Source: an uncultured Acidobacteriaceae bacterium
GTDB taxonomy: Bacteria > Acidobacteriota > Terriglobia > Terriglobales > Acidobacteriaceae
DNA: 64,000 bases
Reading direction: 5' to 3'
NCBI GenBank assembly: GCA_963835345.1
Contig: CAWIFG010000001.1
Location: forward strand, 312,768-376,767
Positions 49,584-61,691 of this stretch are shown here, in pieces (the stretch's first letter is position 1; each line of letters starts with the position of its first letter). The notes below the pieces were generated by a model. That model worked only from the letters and a program-made list of their open reading frames with translations, did not search any database and was not told the DNA's origin. Both the position numbers and the translations under genes were made by a program.

Positions 49584-52500
49584 ATGTCTGACAGCATCTC
49601 CCGCCGCGCCTTCCTCCAGAGCCACTGCCGCACTCACCACCGCCGCCGCCATCACGCCCGCGCTCGCGCTGCCAGCCGAACGCGAAGCCCGCCGAGCTTC
49701 CCTACCCCGAAAACGGCACACTCATCCCCGACGAAGGCTGGCGCCTCTGGATCGACGACAAAGCCAAGTGGCAGAACGACGACATCTTCCTCCCCGAAGA
49801 CATCGCCTGGATCGACGGCAAGCTCTGCGCGAAAGGCCAGCCACTCCCCGTCAACCCACCCACCGGCGGCTGGTCCACACTCACCCACGACAACCGGCCT
49901 CGAGGTCACTCTCCCCACCTCCGTCGAGCAGCACTTCTGGGGCAAGTACGGCGCCGGCGCCGACGGCAAGCCGCGTCCCTACACGCCCGAGGAGTACCGC
50001 TACGCCGCCGACCGATCCTCCCAAGCCGCCCGCCGACGACAACATCCCGCAGAACGGCGCCTACTTCGGCGTCTCCTGGTTGCACCGCCGCATCGATATC
50101 CCCGCCGAGATGCGCGGCAAGCGCATCTTCCTCCACATCCGCGGCGCCCACCTCCGCGCCGAGGTCTACCTCAACCAGAAGCTCGTCGGCTACTCCATCA
50201 TGGAGGAGCTTCCCTTCGAGTGCGACTGCACCGACGCCGCAAATCCCGGCGGCGACAACCATCCTCGCCATCCGCATCACCAACCCCTTCGGCCGCTTCG
50301 ACTGGGTCGACGGCCTCAACGCCAAGTGGGGCAAGGTCTCGCTCTACCGCTCCCACGGCTTCGGCGGCGCTCGATCGCGGCATCACGCATCAGCGCGCAC
50401 GGCGACGTGCGCATCAAGGATGCTTGGGTGCTGAATACGCCGGATCCGACGAACATCGTCAGGCGTTCGTACGCTCGATAGAGCGAACCGACGGCCATCG
50501 ACGATCGCGAACCGGCATCGATCAGCTTTGAAGATCGTCGATCCGGACAATGGCAAGCTGTCGATCCTCGAAGCAGAAGCTCGAACGGGCAGGATCGGCT
50601 CAACCTCGATTCAGACGACGCGCGTCAAGATTCATGACTAGCCGATCGCATGCCTTCGCCGACGCGCAAGCTCTGGGAACTCGACGCACCGAATCTCTAT
50701 CACCTTCGCGCAATCGACGTCAACACGGCGATAGGCTGCACATCGACACCCGCACCATCGCCTTCGGCTTCCGCTCCTTCACCGTCGACGGCATCGACCC
50801 GACAACCCGAACTCCAACGCCGTCTTCCGCCTCAACGGCAAGCGCACAAAGATCTACACCGCCATCTCCTGGGGCTACTGGGGACTCAACGGCATGTTCC
50901 CCGTCCCCGAGCTCGCCGAGAAAGAAGTCCGCGCACGCCAGGCAGCTCGGCCTCAACTGCCTCAACTTCCACCGCAACCTCGCCAAGGAAGACGTCCTCC
51001 GCTGCGCACGACCGCCTCGGCCTGCTCCGCTACATGGAGCCCGGCGCCGGCAAGATGGCCATCGGCAAGCTCCCGCCGCGCACCGCGTCCAACGCCGCCG
51101 GCACCGTGATGGAGAAGCCCACCACCGAAGCCGACAAGTTCGCGCAGCGCTACATGTTCACCAAGTGCGTCGAGATGGTGAAGGCCTTCCGCTCGCATCC
51201 CTCCGTCATCGAGTACTGCCTGCAGAACGAGATCGGCGCCGACCTCAAGAATCCCGCCACGCTCGCCGTCCTCAAAGCCATGCACGACGAAGACCCCTCC
51301 CGCTGCGTCGTCCTCAACGACGGCTTCGTCGCCCGCGGCGCCGCGCAAGCCTGGTACGAGCCCTGGGACGAGAAGCTCAAACCAGGCAAGCTCCACCGCT
51401 CCGACGAAGAGAAATGGGGCGACTGGTGGAACAACCACCAGGGCGCCGGCGACCAGTGGTACGACGAGTTCTACAAGTCACCCACCGACTACACCTACAA
51501 CATCAACCTCCGCAACATCCTCACCGAGTACGGCGAGATGGAAGGCTGCGCCGCGCCCCGACAACCACGCGCCTCATGGTCCACCAGATCACCGAGACCT
51601 ACAAAAAATACGGCGGCGACTCGCTACGACCTCGCCGACCACGAAGAGATCATCGCCGGCTACAACCGCTTCCTCGACAAGTGGGGCTTCCGCAAATCCT
51701 TCCCCACACCCGACCACGTCTTCCGCGCCGTCGGCCAGCAACTGCTACGAGTCCTGGCAGAACTACATGGAGAACGCGCGCATCTCCGACGCGCTCGACT
51801 TCGCCGCCATCTCCGGCTGGGAGTCCACCGCCATCGAGAACCACTCCGGCATCGTCGACAACCTGCGCAACTACAAGTCCGACCCGCACCTCATCGGCGA
51901 CACACTCCAACCCATCCGCCCCTGCGCCAAGCAGCGCGCGCTCTCCATCGAGCTCGGCAAACCCGCCACCTTCGATCTCTTCCTCTTCAACGACACGCAC
52001 CAGCCCGCCACCGGCACACTCACTTTCTCGATGATCACGCCCAGCAACAAGCGCATCGAGCTGAAGACACTTCCCGCCCCTCCGAACCAAACCCCGACCA
52101 ATTCAGCTATCTCGCTGCAAGAAGCCTTCACCACACCGCCGCTCACCGAAGAAGGCCTCTACCGCTTCAAGTTCGCGCATCTCCTCCGCGCCGCTCGCGA
52201 CACAGACGAAAGAAATCTGGGTCACTGAGCCGGACTTATCGGAGTCGAGCCATTCGCACGCCAGTCAGCTCCATACCATTAAGCGGTGTACCATCTGAAG
52301 CGTCGCACTGTGTCTCCGGAATCACTCCCGCATTGCGCAAGCAACTCACCTGATCTCGGCCTCAGTCATCACGGACTTCAAACCCGGCGAACACTACGAC
52401 CTCATCATCTCCTCCGGCATCACCTCCCACACCCACGCCGACGGCCAGGTCGGCGAGACCACCGGCCTCGAAGCCGCACCACCCATGAAGCCCGGCCACA

Positions 52501-53005
52501 CACCCGAGCCCGGCGAAGAGGCCCAGATCCATCTCCCTCGGCCATCTGCAAACCGGCATCCTCGACGCCGTCCGCGCCGGCACGCCACTCCTCGCCATCC
52601 CGCAATCCGACACACTCTCCGACGGCGTCGCCAAAGAGCTCGCCGCCGCCGGAGCCTTCACCTACAACGGCGCCGTCGGCGACTTCCGCGCTCCCTGGAT
52701 GGGCAACTGGTACTTCGTCCGCGAGCACGCGCTCTTCGCCGGCCTGCCCGCAAAACCAGGCCCTCGGCGGCTTCTACCAGTGCAAAGGCCGCCCCTCCAA
52801 CGGCCTCCTGATCGACCAAGCCCCCAACGGCGCACCCATCGAAGTCATCGTCGGCTACTCCCGCGACCACGACCGCAACGTCGGCGCCGGCACCTTCACC
52901 ACCCGCCTCGGCAAAGGCAAGATCCTCTTCCACCGCTGCCCCGACTTCCATCCCGTCCTGCAGCAGCGCTTCCTCGCCAACGCCCTCCGCTGGCTCACAA
53001 CGTAA
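49584..53005 (+). CDS. Tat-exported large glycoside hydrolase, GH2-like (multiple frameshifts)
   Basis: SRRAFL Tat motif; sugar-binding domain (AEVYLN); [15 protein letters not shown] acid/base motif; TEYG. Confidence 0.75.
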
Positions 53006-53037
53006 GCCACTCACACCCAGCGCGATACCATGAACCT

Positions 53038-54501
53038 GTGATCCCCGCGCAAGTCATCGCTGAACTCCGAGCAGCCGTCGGCGATGCAAATCTCATCCTC
53101 GATCCCACCCAGCTCCAGACCTACGAGTGCGACGGCCTCACCAACTTCCGCGCCGTCCCCGGCGCCGTCGTCCTCCCGCGCACAGCCGCACAAGTCCAGG
53201 CCGCAGTCCGCGTCTGCGCAAAGCACAACATCCCCTTCGTCGCACGCGGCGCCGGCACCGGCCTCAGCGGAGGCGCGCTTCCCACACCCGGCTGCGTCGT
53301 CATCGGCCTCGCGCGCATGAACCGCGTGCTCTCCATCGACCTCGAAAACGCCCTCATCACCGTCGAGCCCGGCGTCACCAACTCGCAGGTCACCGACCTC
53401 GTCCGCAGCGCAGGCTTCTTCTACGCGCCCGATCCCTCGTCGCAAATCGTCTGCACCATCGGCGGCAACCTCGCCGAAAACGCCGGCGGCGCGCACTGCC
53501 TCAAGTACGGCTTCACCACGACGCACGTGCTCGGCTGCGAGGTCGTCCTCCCCACCGGCGAGCTCGTCTGGCTCGGCTCTCGCAACAGGCGTGCCCGACA
53601 CACCCGGCTACGATCTCACCGGCGTCTTCATCGGCAGCGAAGGCACACTCGGCGTCGCAACGAAAGCCGTTCTCCGCATCGTCCGCCGCCCCGAGTGCGT
53701 GCAAACACTCCTCGCCGCCTTCGACTCCAGCACCGCCGCCGGCCAAACGGTCTCCGACATCATCGCCGCCGGCATGCTCCCCTCCGCGATGGAGATGATG
53801 GACCGCACATCCATCTTCGCCGCCGAAGCCGCCGTCCACGCGGGCTACCCCGACTGCGAATCCCTCCTCCTGGTCGAACTCGACGGCCCCATCGACGAAG
53901 TCAACACCCAGATGCAGCGCGTTCGCGAGCTCTGCACAACGCAACGGCGCATGGGAACAGCGCCTCGCCCAATCCGACGCCGAACGCGCTGCTCGTCTGG
54001 AAGGGCCGCAAAGCCGCCTTCGCCGCCATGGGCCGCGTCTCGCCCAACTACATCGTGCAGGACGGCGTCATCCCGCGCACGCAACTTCCGCGCCTCCTCG
54101 ACGAGATGGCGCGCATGTCCGCCGAAACCGGCCTGCGCATCGCCAACGTCTTCCACGCCGGCGACGGCAACCTGCATCCCATGGTCCTCTACGACGCCTC
54201 ACACTCCGGCGAAGAAGAACGCGCCCTCAATCTCTCCTACAAGATCCTCGAGCTCTGCGTCGATGCCGGCGGCTCCATCACCGGCGAGCACGGCGTCGGC
54301 CGCGAGAAGCAATGCGTGATGAGCTACATGTTCGCCGAACCCGACCTCGCCACCATGCACCGCGTGCGCCACGCCTTCGACCCGCACAACATCGCCAACC
54401 CCGAAAAACTCTTCCCCACACCACGCCTCTGCGGCGAGCGCTCGCGTGGCAGCTACGTCCCGCATCCCATCGAAGCCGCCGGCCTCGCGGAGGTCTTCTG
54501 A
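53038..54501 (+). CDS. glcD: Glycolate oxidase FAD subunit (frameshifts)
   Basis: RGAGTGLSGG, APDPSS, HAGDGNLH, GEHGVG. Confidence 0.88.
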   Translation: MIPAQVIAELRAAVGDANLILDPTQLQTYECDGLTNFRAVPGAVVLPRTAAQVQAAVRVCAKHNIPFVARGAGTGLSGGALPTPGCVVIGLARMNRVLSIDLENALITVEPGVTNSQVTDLVRSAGFFYAPDPSSQIVCTIGGNLAENAGGAHCLKYGFTTTHVLGCEVVLPTGELVWLGSRNRRARHTRLRSHRRLHRQRRHTRRRNESRSPHRPPPRVRANTPRRLRLQHRRRPNGLRHHRRRHAPLRDGDDGPHIHLRRRSRRPRGLPRLRIPPPGRTRRPHRRSQHPDAARSRALHNATAHGNSASPNPTPNALLVWKGRKAAFAAMGRVSPNYIVQDGVIPRTQLPRLLDEMARMSAETGLRIANVFHAGDGNLHPMVLYDASHSGEEERALNLSYKILELCVDAGGSITGEHGVGREKQCVMSYMFAEPDLATMHRVRHAFDPHNIANPEKLFPTPRLCGERSRGSYVPHPIEAAGLAEVF

Positions 54502-55702
54502 TGCTCGCCTCCTTGGCCGAACTCAACATCGACTCACGCGATCACGACGGCATCACCGTGCTCTCACCAGTCGAGCACCGACGAAGTCGCCGCGATTCTC
54601 CGCGCCGCCAACACCCAATCCCTCGCCGTCGAACCCACCGGCGGCCGCACCAAGCTCACCTGGGGCTCACGTGTTATCCCGCGCCTACAGCTCTCGACCA
54701 CACGCCTCTCCGGCATCCGCGAGCACGTCTGGCAGGACATGACCGCCACCGTCGCTGCCGGCACACCATGGTCCGACCATGCAGCGCGAACTCGCGCGTC
54801 ACAACCAGCGCGTCGCACTCGACCCCGTCTTCCCCGACCGCGCCACCGTCGGCGGTGTCATCGCGACCAACGACAGCGGTGTCCTCCGCCGCCGCTACGG
54901 CTCCTTCGCGACCTCGTCCTCGGCATGACCATCGTTCTCGCCGATGGCACCATCGCTCGCAGCGGCGGCAAGGTCGTCAAGAACGTCGCCGGCTACGATC
55001 TCCCCAAGCTCCTCACCGGCTCCTTCGGCACACTCGGCATCATCACAGAGGTCACCTTCCGTCTGCATCCACTTGCAACAAACACCCTCAGTCTCACTGC
55101 GCGCTCAGCCTCCATCACGCAGCTCGCCGACCTGATGCATCGCATCACTGCCGCTCCGCTCAGTGTCGAAGCCATGCAGCTTCGCAACGACGACACCGAC
55201 TTCGCCCTCGACATCCAGCTCGCCTCCGAAGCCGACGCCCTCGCGCAATCAGGAGCAGCAACTCCGCACACTCGCACAAGACTGCACGCTCGCTGCCTCG
55301 AACGACAACACATGGTCTGCGCGCGAACGACTCTTCGCCGAACCCGACGCCACCGTCCTCAAGATCAGCAGCCTTCCCGCAAAGCTCGCCGCAATCGTCG
55401 GCGCCGCCGCCGTCCTCAACACACAACCCAACGTGCGCGCACACTGCATCGCGGAGCCCACCGGCATCCTCACCGTCGCGTTCTCCGCAACCACGCCAAA
55501 CCTCGCCGTACTCACCGACGATCTCCGTTCGCGCCTCCGCGCACACGGCGGCAGCGCCGTTCTTCTTCGCCGCGGCCTGCTCCCGCACTCCGTCAACTCC
55601 TGGGGCGACCCACCCGCAGCTATCGAACTCATGCGCGCCATCAAGCGCGAGTTCGACCCCAACCGCATCCTCAACCCCGGCCGCTTCGTCGGAGGCATCT
55701 GA
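54501..55702 (+). CDS. glcE: Glycolate oxidase FAD-binding subunit (frameshifts)
   Basis: [27 protein letters not shown]. Confidence 0.85.
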
Positions 55703-57180
55703 TGCCGCGCACTCCGGAAGCCACGCCCACCCGCGAAGCCATCGGCCTCGCCACGCAATCCGCGCTCACGCAGATCACCACCTCTTCGCGCCCCAGCTCC
55801 TTCGACGCACACAACCCACCCGAGCCCGCCCTCATGGACAAGTGCGTCCACTGCGGCTTCTGCCTTCCCGCCTGCCCTACGTACGCGCTCTGGGGCGAAG
55901 AGATGGACTCGCCGCGCGGACGCATCTGGCTCATGCGCAAAGCCGCCACTGGCGAAGCTCCGCTCGACGACATCTTCCAAACCCACATCGACCGCTGCCT
56001 CGGCTGCATGGCCTGCATGACCGCCTGCCCCTCCGGCGTCGAGTACAACAAGCTCATCGAAGACACACGCGGCCAGGTCGAGCGCCAGGCCGAACGCACC
56101 GGCTCGCGCTCACTCTCCGATCGCCTCTTCCGCAAGCTCCTCTTCGCCACCTTCCCGCATCCGCGCCGCCTGCGCGCCCTCGGTCTTCCGCTCGCGATCT
56201 ACCAGCGCTCCGGCCTCCAGAAGCTCGTGCGCGGCAGCGGCCTGCTCAAGCTCCTGCCCGAGCGCCTGCGCTCCATGGAAGCCTGCTCCCACCCGTCCCG
56301 CTCAATCCGTTCCACTCGCTCCCGCACACCGTCGGCTCCAGCGAACAAATCGCGCGGCCGCGTCGCCATGCTCACCGGCTGCGTGCAGGACGCCTTCTTC
56401 GCGCCACGTCAACGCCGCCACCGCGCGCGTCCTCGCCGCCGAAGGCTTCGAAGTCATCATCCCCAAACCGCAAGGCTGCTGCGGCGCACTCATGGTCCAC
56501 TCCGGTCTCGACGACGCCGCCCAAAGCTACGCGAAGGACATGATCGCCACCTTCGACGCCGCGAACGTCGACACGATCGTCATCAACGCCGCCGGCTGCG
56601 GCAGCACCATGAAGGAGTACGCACACCTCCTCCGCAACAATCCCGCCTGGTCCGCGCGCGCCGCTGCCTTCTCCGCAAAGTGCAAAGACATCAGCGAGGT
56701 CCTCTCTGCCGTCGAACCCTCGGATTCATTGCCCCGCGCCGTCCCATCCCGCTCCGCGTCGCCTACCACGACGCCTGCCACCTCCGTCACGCGCAGGGCA
56801 TCTTCGCCGCAGCCGCGCGCTCTTCTCGCGCAGATCCCCGAGCTCACCGTCGAAGAGATCGCCGAAGTCCAATCTCTGCTGCGGTTCCGCCGGCGTCTAC
56901 AACCTGCTGCAACCCGGAGACCGCCAACGAGCTCGGCGACCGCAAGGTCTCGCACCTGCTCGCCACCGGCGCCGACGCGGTCATCAGCGCCAACCCCGGC
57001 TGCCTGCTTCAGCTCATGAACGGCCTTCGCCGCCGCGGCGCAGCCGAGCTCCCCACCTTCCACATGGTCGAACTCCTCGACGCCTCCATCCGCGGCCTCA
57101 CCGTCGACCAACTCCTCCACGGCCCACGCTCGCTCGACGTCGAGCTGAACTCGCTCGCGCGAAACTGGAGACAGCCATGA
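55702..57180 (+). CDS. glcF: Glycolate oxidase Fe-S subunit (frameshifts)
   Basis: CVHCGFCLPACP, DSPRGR, CLGCMACMTACP, NPGC. Confidence 0.88.
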   Translation: MPRTPEATPTREAIGLATQSALTQITTSSRPSSFDAHNPPEPALMDKCVHCGFCLPACPTYALWGEEMDSPRGRIWLMRKAATGEAPLDDIFQTHIDRCLGCMACMTACPSGVEYNKLIEDTRGQVERQAERTGSRSLSDRLFRKLLFATFPHPRRLRALGLPLAIYQRSGLQKLVRGSGLLKLLPERLRSMEACSHPSRSIRSTRSRTPSAPANKSRGRVAMLTGCVQDAFFAPRQRRHRARPRRRRLRSHHPQTARLLRRTHGPLRSRRRRPKLREGHDRHLRRRERRHDRHQRRRLRQHHEGVRTPPPQQSRLVRARRCLLRKVQRHQRGPLCRRTLGFIAPRRPIPLRVAYHDACHLRHAQGIFAAAARSSRADPRAHRRRDRRSPISAAVPPASTTCCNPETANELGDRKVSHLLATGADAVISANPGCLLQLMNGLRRRGAAELPTFHMVELLDASIRGLTVDQLLHGPRSLDVELNSLARNWRQP

Positions 57181-57946
57181 CCGGACCCGACGAACTCCGC
57201 ATCCTCGACGCCACCAACGCGCTACTCAACGCGCGCCGCACGGGCCACACCATCGCTGACCTCCCCGCTGCACTCCAGCCGCAATCCGTCGACGAAGCTT
57301 ACGCCATCCAGGACCGCATGATCGCCGGGCTCGGCGACATCGGCGGATGGAAGATCGGCGCTGGCACACGCCGAAGCCACGCCCATGTACGCTCCCATGC
57401 CGCTCGCCTGGATCGCCGCGTCCGGCAGCACGCTCGCCGGCGAGCGCTGGCGCTACCGCGGCCTCGAAGCCGAGATCGCCTTCCTCGTCGGCTCCGATCT
57501 CCCGCCGCGCGCACAGCCCTACACGCGCGAGGAGGTTCTCGCCGCAATGGCCTCCTGCCATCCTGCCATCGAGATTCTGGAACCAGCCTTCGCTGATCCC
57601 GCACAATGCGCACGCGTCTTGCCGGCATCGCCGACCTCCAGATGCACGGCGGCTTCATCTACGGCCCCGCGGTCCCCAACTGGCAGTCCATCGACTTCAC
57701 CAAAGAAAAAGTCATGCTCGCCGTCGACGGCATCGTTCGCGTCGAGCGCACCGGCTCCAACACCGCCGGCGATCTCCTCCGCCTTCTTCCCTGGCTCGCC
57801 AACGAAGGCGCCGCGCGCACCGGCGGCCTCCGCAAAGGCCAATGGATCACCACCGGCTCCTGGACCGGCAACACCCTCGCGTCCCCGGCTCCGTCGTCGA
57901 AGTCGACTTCTCCACCGCCGGCCGCGTCGACCTCCGCTTCGCCTAA
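57177..57946 (+). CDS. FAH-superfamily hydratase/decarboxylase, 2-keto-4-pentenoate hydratase-like (frameshifts)
   Basis: AYAIQ, GWKIG, EAEIAF, PAIEI, TTGSWTG. Confidence 0.8.
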
Positions 57947-57951
57947 GCTCC

Positions 57952-57993
57952 CTCGTATCTCCTATCTCGTTTCTCACGTCTCGCATCTCGTTT
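57952..57993. repeat. Tandem heptamer repeat, CTCGTAT-like, 6 units
   Basis: ctcgtat ctcctat ctcgttt ctcacgt ctcgcat ctcgttt. Confidence 0.8.
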
Positions 57994-58016
57994 GTCGTTT
58001 CTTGCAAGGTTCGACC

Positions 58017-59632
<1,616 letters not shown>

Positions 59633-59779
59633 TCCAGTGTCACCTTCGATTTCGTTTCGCCTAATCGCCACGCTATTAGCTGATTCGCAACGGTCTAGCG
59701 AGTGTTCGCCTGGTGCGGCGTACCATCCAACTACTTGCACTCGGCGCATGAGCTTCTTACTCATAAGTAGAGGTGAAGG

Positions 59780-60772
59780 ATGGCACGTCCCTACTGGAGT
59801 GGACAGGTAACAATCTCGCTCGTCTCTTTCGGCGTCAAGCTCTTCGTCGCTACCGAAGCCAAAAGCCAGATCAGCTTCCATCAGATCGATCGCCGCACCG
59901 GTGAGCGCGTCCGCCACCAGAAGGTGCTCGCCTCCGCCATCGAGACGCAACCCGACGAAGCCGCCGCGCAGGCCGACGTCGTCGGCAAAAGCGAGATCGT
60001 CAAAGGCTACGAGTACTCCAAGGGCCACTACGTCACCATCGAGCCCGAAGAGCTCGCCCACCTCCGCGTCCCCTCCAAGCACACCATGGAGGTCACGCAG
60101 TTCGTCGGCGAAGACGAGATCGACCCCGAGTTCTACGAGAAGCCCTACTTCGTCGTCCCCGAAAACGAAGGCCCAGACCGAGGCCTTCCTCACCGTCCGC
60201 AAAGCCCTCCAGGAAACCAAAAAGGTCGCCATCACCAAGATCGCCTTCGGTGGCCGCGAGCACATCGTCGCGCTCGCGCCCGGCGGCAAAGACGGCCGCT
60301 CCGACACCGAAGACACCGGCGGCATGATGGCCTACACGATCCGCTACGCCGCCGAGCTCCGCAAGCCCGCCGAGTACTTCGCCGACATCAAGCACCACTC
60401 CATCGACAAGGAATCGCTCGACCTCGCCAAAGAACTCATCAAGCGCCGCACCGCACAAGTTCGACCCCGAAAAGTTCGTCGATGGCTACGAAGTCGCGGT
60501 CAAAGAACTCGTCGAAGCCAAGCTCAAGCACCTGCCCATCCCCAAGGACGTCGAACCCGCCCCAACCAAGGGGCAAGGTCATCAACCTCATGGATGCGCT
60601 CCGCAAGAGCGTCTCCGGCGGTGCCGCTGCTCAGCAGGAAGCACCCGCCAAGCGCAGCTCCAAGAGATCCGCCGCTGCCGAGAAGAAGACCGTCTCCATC
60701 TCCTCCGGCACGAAGAAGCCGCCGAAGAGCGAGAAGTCCGCCCGCTCCACCCACAAGCGCAAGAGCGCCTAA
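59780..60772 (+). CDS. ku: NHEJ Ku protein (frameshifts)
   Basis: YWSGQVTISLV, IVKGYEY, YEKPYF, VINLMDALRKS, basic tail. Confidence 0.92.
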   Translation: MARPYWSGQVTISLVSFGVKLFVATEAKSQISFHQIDRRTGERVRHQKVLASAIETQPDEAAAQADVVGKSEIVKGYEYSKGHYVTIEPEELAHLRVPSKHTMEVTQFVGEDEIDPEFYEKPYFVVPENEGPDRGLPHRPQSPPGNQKGRHHQDRLRWPRAHRRARARRQRRPLRHRRHRRHDGLHDPLRRRAPQARRVLRRHQAPLHRQGIARPRQRTHQAPHRTSSTPKSSSMATKSRSKNSSKPSSSTCPSPRTSNPPQPRGKVINLMDALRKSVSGGAAAQQEAPAKRSSKRSAAAEKKTVSISSGTKKPPKSEKSARSTHKRKSA

Positions 60773-61552
60773 GCAAACTGCTCGAGCATCGCTGTCAGCT
60801 CATCCGGCTGATCGATCATCACATCGTGCCCGCACGTCACCGTCGCGGTCTGCCACGACTTATCCGCACTGCAGCGCTCCAGCGCCTGATCAAATCCCGT
60901 CTGCGCAAACAGCGGCGCCCGCACATAAAGCTTCTTCACAATCGTCTGGTACGCTCCCGTCACCTTCAGCTTCTCCGTGAAGCAGTGCGTCGGATGCGCC
61001 GTCAGCTTGCTGTTCACCCACGCAGCATCCTTATCGTTCACATGGAAGTACGACGCTGGACGGCGCCGGTATAACAGGCTCCGGCCATGCGGTCGTCTTG
61101 CTCGAACCAGATCCGCAAGCGACTGCCCATCACCCGGCATAAATGCGTCCAGATAAACAATCGCAGCAATCCGCTCCCGCATCTGCTCCACCACACCCGT
61201 AATCACCATCCCGCCATACGAGTGCCCCACCAACACAACGTCATCCAGGTCTTTCCACTTCATCTCGCCCACCACATCATCAACCTGCGTCGTCAGGTCG
61301 ATATCTTCCGGCTTTCAAATGCGACCGCTCGCCCACCCCGACAACGTCGGCGCCACCACATAATGCCCCTTCGCCGTCAGCCGATCCGCCACCCGCCGCC
61401 AGCACCATCCGCCATGCCACGCCCCATGCACCAGCACAAACGTGCGGGGTTTTGCCTCAGCTCGCGCGGCGTCCGGCATCCCAAGCACCCGCCGCGGCAG
61501 CCAGCCCGGCATACACAAATCCACGACGAGAGATCGACACACTGCGCGGCAT
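60769..61552 (-). CDS. Alpha/beta hydrolase, methylesterase-like, with Tat signal (frameshifts)
   Basis: SRRGF; FVLVHGAWHGGWCW; GHSYGG; CGHD. Confidence 0.85.
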
Positions 61553-61691
61553 ACTCTCACCTCACCACTCAAATTACCAGGCTGGAACGATGACACAGCC
61601 TATCACCGCACCGCCGCGAAGCTGACGAAGAATGAGCATTTGCCCGCCTCTCCGCGCATCTGATAAATCTGAAATCCAGACGGAGTGACCG

